Both the position numbers and the translations under genes were made by a program. The notes under the pieces were generated by a model. That model saw only the letters and a program-made list of their open reading frames with translations, was not told where the DNA came from and ran no database searches. DNA of 64,000 nt from Alphaproteobacteria bacterium (GTDB lineage: Bacteria; Pseudomonadota; Alphaproteobacteria; UBA828): NCBI GenBank assembly GCA_965220745.1, contig CBDCQT010000013.1, positions 960,001 through 1,024,000 on the forward strand, given 5' to 3'. This document shows positions 39,201 through 47,766 of the stretch, in pieces; position 1 is the stretch's first letter, and each line of letters begins with the position of its first letter.

Positions 39201-40600
39201 GTGGCAATAAGCCTACGGTGCTCGTGGTCGGTGCGGGCCCGGCGGGCACGCGAGCGGCGGAGATGCTGGTCGCGCACGGCGTAGCGCCAGTGGTGGTCGA
39301 CGAGAACGCGCGGAGCGGCGGGCAGATCTATCGCCGGCCACCGCAGGGCTTCAAGCGCCCGGCCGCCGCGCTCTACGGCTTCGAGGCGCGCAAGGCGCAG
39401 GCGGTGCACGCGGCGCTCGACGGCTTGCGGCAGCGCATCGACTACCGCCCCGACACCATGATCTGGAACATCGAGGGCGGCGTCGCCCAGGCGCTCGGAC
39501 CGGACGGCATCGAGCGGATCGCCTTCGATGCGCTCATCCTCGCCACCGGGGCCATGGACCGGGTGATCCCGTTTCCGGGCTGGACGCTGCCCGGCGTGTT
39601 CACCATGGGGGGCTCGCAGGTCGCGCTGAAGGCGCAGGGCTGCGCCATTGGCGATCCAGTGGTCTTCATGGGCACCGGGCCGCTGCTCTACCTCGTGGCC
39701 TACCAGTACGCCCACGCAGGCGCGCGCGTGGCGGCGGTGCTGGACACGTCCCACTTGTCCCAGGCGATCCCGGTGTTTCCCGGCCTGCTGTGGGGCGGGC
39801 GGACCTTCGCCAAGGGGCTCTGGTACATGACCTGGCCGCGCACGGCGGGAATCCCGGTGCGGCGCGGCATCACGCCGGTGGCGGCCGAGGGCGAGGCGGC
39901 GCTGGAGGCCGTGCGCTATCGCGACCGGCGCGGGCGTGAGCACCGCATCGCCTGCACCGGGCTCGGCATTGGCTACAGCGTCAAGTCCGAGGTGCAGCTC
40001 GCCGAGCTTGCGGGCTGCGAGATGGCCTTCGACCCGCTGGCGCAGCAATGGCTGCCGCAGGCGGACGAGGACGGCCGGGCGCTCTCGGGCTCGGTCTATC
40101 TCGCAGGCGACGGCGCCGGAGTGGCCGGTGCTGATGCGGCGGAGGTGCGCGGCCGGCTCGCGGCGCTCGCCCTGCTCGCCGACAAGGGCATCGCGGCGGA
40201 TCGTGGGCTACAGGCGAGGCAGCGGGCCAAGCTCCGGCGCATCATGCGCTTTCGCGACGCGCTGGAACGGGCCATGCCGACGCCCTTCCATATGGCGCGG
40301 ACGCTCCCGGACGAGACCGTGATCTGCCGCTGCGAGGCGATCACCGCCGGCGAGATTCGCCAGGGCCGGGCGCTGGATCCGGCGGAGATGAACCGGGCCA
40401 AGGCGTTCACGCGTGTCGGCATGGGGCGCTGCCAGGGCCGCGTGTGCGGCCCCGCCGCGGCCCAGATCCTCGCCGCCGCGCGCGGCTGCGGGGTGGAGGA
40501 GGTGGGCCGACTGCGGGGTCAGGCGCCGGTCAAGCCGCTCGCCATTCGTGCGGGCGCCGAGGCGGCGGTCGAGGATCGCGCACGGGCGGCCTCCATATGA
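39197..40600 (+). CDS. FAD/NAD(P) oxidoreductase, HcnB/OoxA-like
   Basis: VVGAGPAG, GGQIYR, ATGAMDR..PFPGWTLPGV, ICRCE, GMGRCQGRVC. Confidence 0.87.
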   Translation: MSGNKPTVLVVGAGPAGTRAAEMLVAHGVAPVVVDENARSGGQIYRRPPQGFKRPAAALYGFEARKAQAVHAALDGLRQRIDYRPDTMIWNIEGGVAQALGPDGIERIAFDALILATGAMDRVIPFPGWTLPGVFTMGGSQVALKAQGCAIGDPVVFMGTGPLLYLVAYQYAHAGARVAAVLDTSHLSQAIPVFPGLLWGGRTFAKGLWYMTWPRTAGIPVRRGITPVAAEGEAALEAVRYRDRRGREHRIACTGLGIGYSVKSEVQLAELAGCEMAFDPLAQQWLPQADEDGRALSGSVYLAGDGAGVAGADAAEVRGRLAALALLADKGIAADRGLQARQRAKLRRIMRFRDALERAMPTPFHMARTLPDETVICRCEAITAGEIRQGRALDPAEMNRAKAFTRVGMGRCQGRVCGPAAAQILAAARGCGVEEVGRLRGQAPVKPLAIRAGAEAAVEDRARAASI

Positions 40601-41712
40601 GCGAGTCGCGGACCGACGTGGTCATCGTCGGCGGCGGGCTGGTCGGCTGCGCCGCCGCGCTGCGCCTGCGCGAGCGGGGCGCGAGCGTCGCCGTGGTGGA
40701 GAAGAACCAGCTCGGCGCGGCGGCGAGCGGGGTCAATTTCGGGGGCGTCCGGCGCAACGGGCGGAAGCTCGCGGAGCTGCCCATCGCGGCGCGCGCCATC
40801 GCCGTCTGGAAGCGCTTGCCGGAGCTGGTGGGGAGCGACTGCGAGTACGCGATCACCGGCAACATCAAGGTGGCGCGCAACGAGGCGGACCTGGACCGGA
40901 TCGCGGCCCACGCCGAGGCGCAAGGCGAGCACGGGGTCGAGGTCCACATGCTGGGCCGCAACACGCTGCGCGACCGCTACCCCTGGCTCGGCGAGAGCGC
41001 CCTGGGCGCCGCCTACTGCCCGAGCGACGGGCAGGCCAACCCGCGCCTGGTGGGCCCGGCCTTCGCGCGGGCGGCGCGTGCGGCGGGCGCCGAGCTGATC
41101 GAGCTCGACGGCGCGAAGCACGTGGCGCGCGACGGCGGCGGCTTCGTGGTCGAGACCGAATCCGGGCGCACGCTGCGCGGGGGCACGCTGATCAACAGCT
41201 CCGGCGCCTGGGGCGCGCGGCTCGCGGCGCGCTTCGGCGAGCAGGTCGAGATCTGGCCCATGGAGCCGCAGATGATCGTCACCGAGCCCGCGCCCTACTT
41301 CATGGTGCCGGTGCTCGCCGTGATGGGCGGCGATGTGTACGCGCGGCAAATCCCGCGCGGCAACGTCATCTTCGGCGGGCGCAGCGGAACGGCCGATCTC
41401 GACGTGGGCTTCGGCAAGGTCAGCGCCGAGGAGAGCCTGACCACGCTGGCGCGAACCATCGACATCATCCCCCGCATCGCCGATCTCTCCGTGATCCGCT
41501 TCTGGAGCGGGGTGGAAGGCTGCACGCCGGACCACCTGCCGGTGCTCTGTCCGAGCCGGACCACGCCGGGCCTTGTCCATGCCTTCGGCTTCAGCGGGCA
41601 TGGGTTCTGCCTAGGGCCGGCGTCCGGCGCGGTGGCGGCCGAATTGGCTCTCGACGGCCGCACAGAGACGCCCATCGAGGGCTTCGACATCGGCCGCTTC
41701 GCGGAGGCGTAG
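40597..41712 (+). CDS. FAD-dependent DAO-family oxidoreductase, HcnC/OoxB-like
   Basis: IVGGGLVG, ASGVNFG, DGQANP, TPDHLP, GFSGHGF; ATGA overlap. Confidence 0.87.
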   Translation: MSESRTDVVIVGGGLVGCAAALRLRERGASVAVVEKNQLGAAASGVNFGGVRRNGRKLAELPIAARAIAVWKRLPELVGSDCEYAITGNIKVARNEADLDRIAAHAEAQGEHGVEVHMLGRNTLRDRYPWLGESALGAAYCPSDGQANPRLVGPAFARAARAAGAELIELDGAKHVARDGGGFVVETESGRTLRGGTLINSSGAWGARLAARFGEQVEIWPMEPQMIVTEPAPYFMVPVLAVMGGDVYARQIPRGNVIFGGRSGTADLDVGFGKVSAEESLTTLARTIDIIPRIADLSVIRFWSGVEGCTPDHLPVLCPSRTTPGLVHAFGFSGHGFCLGPASGAVAAELALDGRTETPIEGFDIGRFAEA

Positions 41713-41722
41713 CCCGAGGGGC

Positions 41723-42937
41723 CTATGTCTGGCTCGCGACGAGGCGATCGCCGAGCAGGGCCATCGCGTCACCGTCGATATTGGCCAGCGCGAAGCGGAG
41801 ATAGCCGTCCTGGTCCGGGCCGAAGGCGCTGCCCGGCAGGCAGAGCACGTTCCCTTCCCGAATGAGCCGCTGGGCGACATCGACGGCGGGCGTGCCGGCA
41901 AAGGGATGGCGCACGTAGGCGAAGAAGGCACCGGCGCAGATCAGCTCGTAGGCCAGGTCATTGCGCTCGAACACGGCGCGGAACTGGGCGACGCGCTCCA
42001 GCACGAGGCGCCGCTTGTCGGCCCGGAAGTCTGCGAGATGGTTGAGGCCGTAGAGCGCAGCCTCCTGCGCGATGGCGGGTGCGCAGATCGCGACGCAATC
42101 GGCCGCCTTGGCGACCTCGGCGAGCAGGTCGCCGGAGGCCACCAGCGCGCCGACTCGATAGCCGGTCAGGCTGTAGACCTTGGAGAAGCTGTAGAGGTGG
42201 ACCAGCGTCCGGTCCCAATCGGCACGCGCGAGCAGGCCGTGGGGCGGGCGGTCGCCGGGGAGGAAGTCGCGGTAGGTCTCGTCCAGCACCAGGGCGAGGC
42301 CGGCCTCGCGCGCGAGGCGGTGGAACTCCTCGATGACCGCCGGCGGGTAGATGGCACCCGTCGGGTTGTTGGGGGTCACCAGCACGATGGCCCGCGTATG
42401 GGGCGTGATCCGTGCTGCCGCGTCCGCCGGGTCCGGCACACCGCCGCGCTCTGGCCGGAAGGGGAGGTAGACCGGGGCGATGCCCAGCATCTCCAGCCAC
42501 ATCTGGTAGTTGAAGTAGGAGGGCGCGGCCAGGATCGCCTCGTCGCCCGGCCCGGCGAGCGACATGAGCGCAAGGCAGAAGGCCTGGTTGCAGCCCGCCG
42601 TGATCGCGACTTGATCGCGCGCGACCTTGTCGCCGTAAGCCTCCGAGAGCGCCGCGGCGAGGGCGTCGCGCAAATCGTCCCGGCCGACGATGGGGGTGTA
42701 GCGCGCCGTCTCGGGCCGGCGCACTGCCTCCGCGAGATGGGCGGTGAGCGCATCGGCCGGCGGATAGGCCGGCACCGCCTGGGCGAGATCGAGCAACGGC
42801 TTCTCGGGCGGGAACTCGCGGCCGGCCGCCAAGCTCGCGATCTCGGCGATGGGCGGCGGGATGACGGCGCTGAGCGCCGGGTTGATGCGGTAGGCGAGGC
42901 CGCCCGGCGCGTCCGTCGAAGTCGGCCTCGCGCTAAT
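41723..42937 (-). CDS. class I/II PLP-dependent aminotransferase (start uncertain, possibly ATT)
   Basis: DLAQAVP, GCNQAF, VTPNNPTG, DETY, SFSK.Y..TGYRVG; family-like NPAL...PPPIAE lies upstream of the first TTG (42832). Confidence 0.85.
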   Translation of the reverse strand: MSARPTSTDAPGGLAYRINPALSAVIPPPIAEIASLAAGREFPPEKPLLDLAQAVPAYPPADALTAHLAEAVRRPETARYTPIVGRDDLRDALAAALSEAYGDKVARDQVAITAGCNQAFCLALMSLAGPGDEAILAAPSYFNYQMWLEMLGIAPVYLPFRPERGGVPDPADAAARITPHTRAIVLVTPNNPTGAIYPPAVIEEFHRLAREAGLALVLDETYRDFLPGDRPPHGLLARADWDRTLVHLYSFSKVYSLTGYRVGALVASGDLLAEVAKAADCVAICAPAIAQEAALYGLNHLADFRADKRRLVLERVAQFRAVFERNDLAYELICAGAFFAYVRHPFAGTPAVDVAQRLIREGNVLCLPGSAFGPDQDGYLRFALANIDGDAMALLGDRLVASQT

Positions 42938-44294
42938 AGGCGTATTCCTCGAAGAGCGGCTCGATGCTGCGGCCCCAGCGGCCCTCGTAGGCTTCCAGCA
43001 TGTCGTCGGCGGCGGTGCGTCCGCTCTCGGCGATCTGGCGCAGGTAGGTGAGGTAGGAGCGCTCGTCCGAATCGAGGTTGCCGGCGACCGCGCGGCGTTT
43101 GAGCCCGCCGGCCGCGATCTCCACCGTGTCGCGGGCGACCTCCTGGACCGTCCGCCCGCGGACCGTGGCGCGGAGCGCCTCCCGCGGCACCGCGCCGAGC
43201 ATCGCCGCGACGTCGTCGGCGGACCACTCAGAGACCAGCGCCTCGGCCTCGTTCAGTGCGGTCGAATCGTAGAGCAGACCGACCCAGAGCGCCGGCAGCG
43301 CGCAGACCTTGCCCCAGGGGCCGCTGTCTGCACCGCGCATCTCGATGAAGGTCTTGAGCCGGACCTCCGGGAAAACGGTGGTGAGGTGATCTTCCCAATC
43401 CTTGAGCGTCGGCCGTTCGCCGGGGAGCTGCGGCAGGGCGCCGTCGAGGAAGTCGCGGAAGGATTCGCCCGCCACGTCCACGTAGCCGCCGTCCCGCGCC
43501 ACGAAGTACATGGGCACGTCCAGCACGTAGTCGGCATAGCGCTCGAACCCCATGCCGGGCTCGAAGACGAAGCCGAGCAGGCCGCAGCGATCGGGGTCGG
43601 TATCGGTCCAGACGTGGCTGCGATAGCTGCGGAAGCCGCTCGGCTTGCCTTCGACGAAGGGCGAGATGGCGAAGAGCGCGGTGGCGACCGGCTGCAGGGC
43701 CATGGCGACGCGCATCTTGCGCACCATGTCGGTCTCGGAGTCGAAATCCAGATTCACCTGCACGGTGCAGGTGCGGGTCATCATGTCGAGGCCGAGGCTG
43801 CCCCGCGTCGGCATGTAGCGGCGCATGATTGCGTAGCGCCCCTTGGGCATCCACGGGATCGCCTCGCGCGGCGCGTCGGGGCGGAAGCCCACGCCGTAGA
43901 AGCCGATGCCGAGTTCGGCGGAGATCGTCCGCACCTGATCCAGATGCGCGTGCACCTCGTCGCAGGTGCGGTGCAGGTTGTGGAGAGGGGCGCCCGAAAG
44001 CTCGAGCTGGCCGCCCGGCTCCAGGGTCACCGACTGGCCGTCCTTGAGCAGGGCGATGGGGTTGCTGTTCTCCAGGTAGGGGGTCCAGCCGTAGCGCTGC
44101 AGCCCCTCCAGGAGCGCGCGGATTCCCCACGACCCCTCGTAGGGGAGCGGCGCGTGATCCGCGAGGCGATGGCCGAACTTCTCGTGCTCCGTGCCGATGC
44201 GCCACGCCGAGCGCGGCTTGCAGCCGGATTCGAGATAGGCGATCAGGTCGCGCCGGGTAAGCGCCTCGCCTTGCCTGGTGGCGCTTTCGTTCAC
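42933..44294 (-). CDS. gshA: glutamate--cysteine ligase (alphaproteobacterial/plant type)
   Basis: RIGTEHEKF, LEPGGQLELSG, MPKGRY, TCTVQVNLD, HLTTVFPEVRLK, EMRGAD. Confidence 0.95.
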   Translation of the reverse strand: MNESATRQGEALTRRDLIAYLESGCKPRSAWRIGTEHEKFGHRLADHAPLPYEGSWGIRALLEGLQRYGWTPYLENSNPIALLKDGQSVTLEPGGQLELSGAPLHNLHRTCDEVHAHLDQVRTISAELGIGFYGVGFRPDAPREAIPWMPKGRYAIMRRYMPTRGSLGLDMMTRTCTVQVNLDFDSETDMVRKMRVAMALQPVATALFAISPFVEGKPSGFRSYRSHVWTDTDPDRCGLLGFVFEPGMGFERYADYVLDVPMYFVARDGGYVDVAGESFRDFLDGALPQLPGERPTLKDWEDHLTTVFPEVRLKTFIEMRGADSGPWGKVCALPALWVGLLYDSTALNEAEALVSEWSADDVAAMLGAVPREALRATVRGRTVQEVARDTVEIAAGGLKRRAVAGNLDSDERSYLTYLRQIAESGRTAADDMLEAYEGRWGRSIEPLFEEYAY

Positions 44295-44412
44295 GCCCCC
44301 TCCCAACGGTCGCGTCGAAGTTGTGCGGGGTTTCCCCTATTCGGGCGCCGCTGTCCAGCCTATCGAACGGCGAACCGGGACATGGCAGGGCTGTGTTTGG
44401 CGCAGCGTGGCC

Positions 44413-45150
44413 TCATCGCCAGTCGCCGGCGAGGGCCTGCCAGCAGGCCAGCGCCGCTGCGACCGCGGTCTCGGCGCGCAGGATTCGGGGGCCGAGCCGG
44501 GCATGCACGGCCGCCGGATGCCCGGCGAGCAGGCGCCGCTCGGCCGGCGCGAAGCCGCCTTCGGGCCCCACCAGAATGCCGGCCGGGGCCTCGGCCAGCG
44601 ACTCGGCGACCGAGCGTTCGGCCTCGGGATCGCAGATCAGCAGCCGGCGTTCCGACGGCCAGTCGGCCAGCGCGTCGGTGAGAGAGCAGGGGGGCACGAT
44701 GGATGGCACCTCCAGGCGGCCGCACTGTTCCGCCGCCTCGATGGCATGGGCACGGAGACGCTCGACATTGACCCGCCTGGTCTGGCCGAAGCGGGTGAGG
44801 ACGGGGTGGATGGCGCCGACACCGAGCTCGGTCGCCTTCTCGACCGCGAAGCGGGTGCGCTCGGCCTTGAGCGGCGCGAACAGGAGCCGCAGGTCGGGCG
44901 CCGGAGGCTGGTCCGCGAGCCTCGTGTCCAGGCGGACGCCGGCGCGACTGGGGGCGAGGGTCTCGATGGCGCCCTCCCACTCCCCGTCGTGGCCGTTGAA
45001 GAGCCGAATCCGGTCCCCCGGCTTGCGGCGCATCACGTTGCGGAGGTAGTGGGCCTGGCCGGAGGCCAGCGTTGCCGTCGCGCCCGCGGCAAGCGGCGCC
45101 TCGACGAAGAGGCGGATGGTGCTCGGGCCGTCGTCATGCGCGCCCGCCAT
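44413..45150 (-). CDS. rsmE: 16S rRNA m3U1498 methyltransferase
   Basis: HYLRNVMR, EKATELGV, EAAEQC.R, VGPEGGF, LGPRILRAETA. Confidence 0.96.
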   Translation of the reverse strand: MAGAHDDGPSTIRLFVEAPLAAGATATLASGQAHYLRNVMRRKPGDRIRLFNGHDGEWEGAIETLAPSRAGVRLDTRLADQPPAPDLRLLFAPLKAERTRFAVEKATELGVGAIHPVLTRFGQTRRVNVERLRAHAIEAAEQCGRLEVPSIVPPCSLTDALADWPSERRLLICDPEAERSVAESLAEAPAGILVGPEGGFAPAERRLLAGHPAAVHARLGPRILRAETAVAAALACWQALAGDWR

Positions 45151-45200
45151 GGGCGGCTCTCCGCTTGTCAGTGTCAGGGCGCCACGATACACCAGCAACC

Positions 45201-46136
45201 ATGGCCGAGCGCCTGCACACCATGGCCGGAGCATCCGCCGGGCGTGGCCCTGGAGGGCCTGGGCCGGTCGAGCGGGCGGCGCCGCCCTTCGCCCGCCCCT
45301 TCGTCGCGCTGGCGCGGCTGGATCAGCCGGTCGGCGTCTGGCTCCTGCTCTGGCCCTGCCTCTGGGCCATTGGGCTGGCCTCCGACGGCCTGCCGGATAT
45401 CGGGCTGCTGGCGCTCTTCACCGCCGGCGCGTTCGTGATGCGGGCCGCCGGCTGCACGCTCAACGACATCTTCGACCGCGACTTCGACGCGCAGGTGGAG
45501 CGCACCCGGCGGCGGCCGCTGCCCTCCGGCGCTATCGGGGTGAAGGGGGCCGTCGCCTTCATGGCGGTGCTGCTGGGGGCGGGCCTTGCGATCCTGCTCC
45601 AGTTCAACCTGTTCGCGATCCTGCTGGGGGCGGGCTCGCTGCTGCTGGTGGTGCTCTACCCCTTGATGAAACGTATCACCTATTGGCCGCAAGCCTTTCT
45701 TGGGCTTACGTTTAACTATGGCGCGCTGCTGGGCTGGGCGGCAGTGGAAGGCGGCATCGGCTGGCCGGCGGGGCTGCTCTACGCGGGTGGCATCGCCTGG
45801 ACCCTCGGCTACGACACGATCTACGCGCACCAGGACAAGGAGGACGACCTCCTGATCGGGGTGAAGTCCAGCGCCATCGCTTTGGGCCAGCGGACGCGGC
45901 CCTTCCTGATCGCGTTCTACGTGGTCGCTGTGGCGGGGTTCGCGGGCGCCGGGGTGGCCGCAGAGGCGGCCTGGCCCTACTTCGTGGGCGCGGCGGCGGC
46001 GGCGGCCCTGCTCGGCTGGCAGGCGCTCCGGGTGCGTATCGACAGTCCCGCCGACTGCCTCGCGAAGTTCAAGAACAACAGCCTGGTGGGCCTGGCGCTC
46101 TTCGCCGGGATCGTGGCCGCGCAAGCTCTTGGTTGA
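45201..46136 (+). CDS. ubiA: 4-hydroxybenzoate polyprenyltransferase
   Basis: RLDQPVG, AGC.LNDIFDRDFD.QVERT..RPL, YDTIYAHQDKEDD. Confidence 0.94.
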   Translation: MAERLHTMAGASAGRGPGGPGPVERAAPPFARPFVALARLDQPVGVWLLLWPCLWAIGLASDGLPDIGLLALFTAGAFVMRAAGCTLNDIFDRDFDAQVERTRRRPLPSGAIGVKGAVAFMAVLLGAGLAILLQFNLFAILLGAGSLLLVVLYPLMKRITYWPQAFLGLTFNYGALLGWAAVEGGIGWPAGLLYAGGIAWTLGYDTIYAHQDKEDDLLIGVKSSAIALGQRTRPFLIAFYVVAVAGFAGAGVAAEAAWPYFVGAAAAAALLGWQALRVRIDSPADCLAKFKNNSLVGLALFAGIVAAQALG

Positions 46137-46139
46137 AGG

Positions 46140-46955
46140 TTACGGCGCGACGGGCGTGAAGTCGGCGTAGGTGAAGGGCTGCGCCTGCGCTCTGAGCCGC
46201 GCCGTTCGCTCCTGCCTGACCGCCTCGTCGTCGACGGACTCCAGGATGAAATCGTCGAGCGGCCCCGGTACGCCGAGCATGGCCTGGATCGCCCGCAGCG
46301 CCCCGGTCTGCGAGCAGGTGCGGAAGCGCCGGCCCTCGGCCCGGATGGCGGCGAGCGCGAGTGGGTCGCCTTCCGGCGCGATGTGGCCGTAGCCGCCAAC
46401 GTAGGTGCTCACAGTCTCCATGGGCTGCAGCAGATCGGGCTCGAGGCGGATGTTGCGAAGCGGGCCGAAGCGGTAGGTGTGGCGGCGGAACTCGGTCTCG
46501 TGCATGCGGGCAAGCTGGCAGTCGTCCAGGCAGGTGATGGCGATGTGGCAGACCGTGCCGGGGGAGGGAGCGAGGGTCGCCGGCACCGCACCGTAACTGG
46601 AGATGTGCGCGGCGTGGACCACGTCAAAGCCGTGGAGCCGCGCTTCGAGGACCGGGAAGACCACGGGCTCGATGGGCGCGAACTTTCGCTGCAATCGCTC
46701 AAGCGCGGCGTTGGCGCCGTAGGCCAGCACCGGCGTGCGCTGGCCGAGGGGCGCAGGGGCGGCGAGCCCGCGTTGGCGCAGCAGGGTGTCGGCCGGCACG
46801 GATCGGCCCTCGACCTCGACCTCCGCCTCTTCCAGCACGTCGCCGAGGGCGTTGAGGCGCCACGCCTCGCCGTCCACGTAGAGGAAGGAATGCCCCGGCC
46901 GCGGGAAGGGATAGCGCTTCGCGGTCGCGACAGCCTCGGCACGGGGTGGGGTCAT
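46140..46955 (-). CDS. hypothetical protein, possible gamma-glutamylcyclotransferase-like fold
   Basis: VLAYGAN, ARLHGF, PATL.P..G, L...QL..M..TE pattern resembles GGCT/AIG2 proteins. Confidence 0.55.
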   Translation of the reverse strand: MTPPRAEAVATAKRYPFPRPGHSFLYVDGEAWRLNALGDVLEEAEVEVEGRSVPADTLLRQRGLAAPAPLGQRTPVLAYGANAALERLQRKFAPIEPVVFPVLEARLHGFDVVHAAHISSYGAVPATLAPSPGTVCHIAITCLDDCQLARMHETEFRRHTYRFGPLRNIRLEPDLLQPMETVSTYVGGYGHIAPEGDPLALAAIRAEGRRFRTCSQTGALRAIQAMLGVPGPLDDFILESVDDEAVRQERTARLRAQAQPFTYADFTPVAP

Positions 46956-47002
46956 GGGCTGCAGCGAACCACCGTCAGCGACTCCGCGTCTCTCTCCACA
47001 CC

Positions 47003-47018
47003 CCGCACCATGGTGCGG
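47003..47018. promoter_or_regulatory. perfect 16-bp palindrome CCGCACCATGGTGCGG
   Basis: lies at -51..-36 relative to the ATG at 47054; CACTTT at -12..-7. Confidence 0.6.
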
Positions 47019-47053
47019 TGCACGGCGCGCCACGGCTGTGTCACTTTCGCGCC

Positions 47054-47536
47054 ATGAAACACGAGCGCACAAACGGCACGACGGGCGGCATGAGCGGGCG
47101 CGCGTCGGCCGGGACACGACTGCCCGCTCTCAGCAACGGCCATCGTTCGCCGGCGGCCAACGGCCGCCACGCTAGGCGGGTGCATGACCTGATCGGTCTG
47201 CACACCGAGGTCGAGCGCGCCGCGGAGCGGTGGGCGGGCGCGCTGGAAGGACGTGACGAGGGACGCACCGACCTTCTCGCGATCGAGACCCTGCGGAAGT
47301 TGGCGCTGGACTGCGCTGCGCGCCTCGGCGAGCGTGAGGAGCCGGTGAAGGCGGAGGAGACCGCGCGCCTTGCGCTCGCCCTGCGCCGCATCGAAAGCGC
47401 CGATAGGCTCAGGCGCGAGCGGGAGCGCATGGCCGCGAAAGCCGCCTCCCGCGACGGTGGGGCCGCGCAAGACGGCGATCTCACGGCAGAGACCGTCTTC
47501 GCCATCCGGCGGACCGCAGAAGGAAATTGCCATTGA
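47054..47536 (+). CDS. orphan phage Mu gp27-like (DUF3486) protein, apparently internally shortened
   Basis: S...RLP, S...GRHARR, LAIETLRKLALD, LALALRRIESA..LRRERE, LTAETV.AIR match my recollection of the gp27 family pattern. Confidence 0.65.
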   Translation: MKHERTNGTTGGMSGRASAGTRLPALSNGHRSPAANGRHARRVHDLIGLHTEVERAAERWAGALEGRDEGRTDLLAIETLRKLALDCAARLGEREEPVKAEETARLALALRRIESADRLRRERERMAAKAASRDGGAAQDGDLTAETVFAIRRTAEGNCH

Positions 47537-47580
47537 CAGGCTGTCGTCGGTGGCTCCCTGGCCGGCCGCCTGATTGCCGC

Positions 47581-47650
47581 GATCCCGCTTCATCCCGACT
47601 TATCCCATTTCATCCCGCCGTATCTCACTTCGTCCCGCCGTATCCGACTT
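47581..47650 (+). repeat. seven tandem imperfect 10-bp repeats with an ATCCC-type core
   Basis: gatcccgctt catcccgact tatcccattt catcccgccg tatctcactt cgtcccgccg tatccgactt. Confidence 0.85.
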
Positions 47651-47766
47651 TCGCGTCGCGCGCAGTGGGGGCGGCGGACCGGCGGCGACAGGTGAGGCGC
47701 GACGCGGCGCGGGCTTGACGGGCGCCGGCGGGTGCCCATGAATGTGAGCCTCCCGCCGAGGTGCCC

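Noticed and set aside
47581-47650. CRISPR array
   Set aside because: The units are 10 bp and contiguous with no spacers, and there are no cas genes in the window.
47527-47718. 63-aa ORF across the 10-bp repeats
   Set aside because: It has no recognisable motif, and its Pro/His pattern is a by-product of the DNA repeat. It could still be a frameshifted tail of the gp27-like gene.
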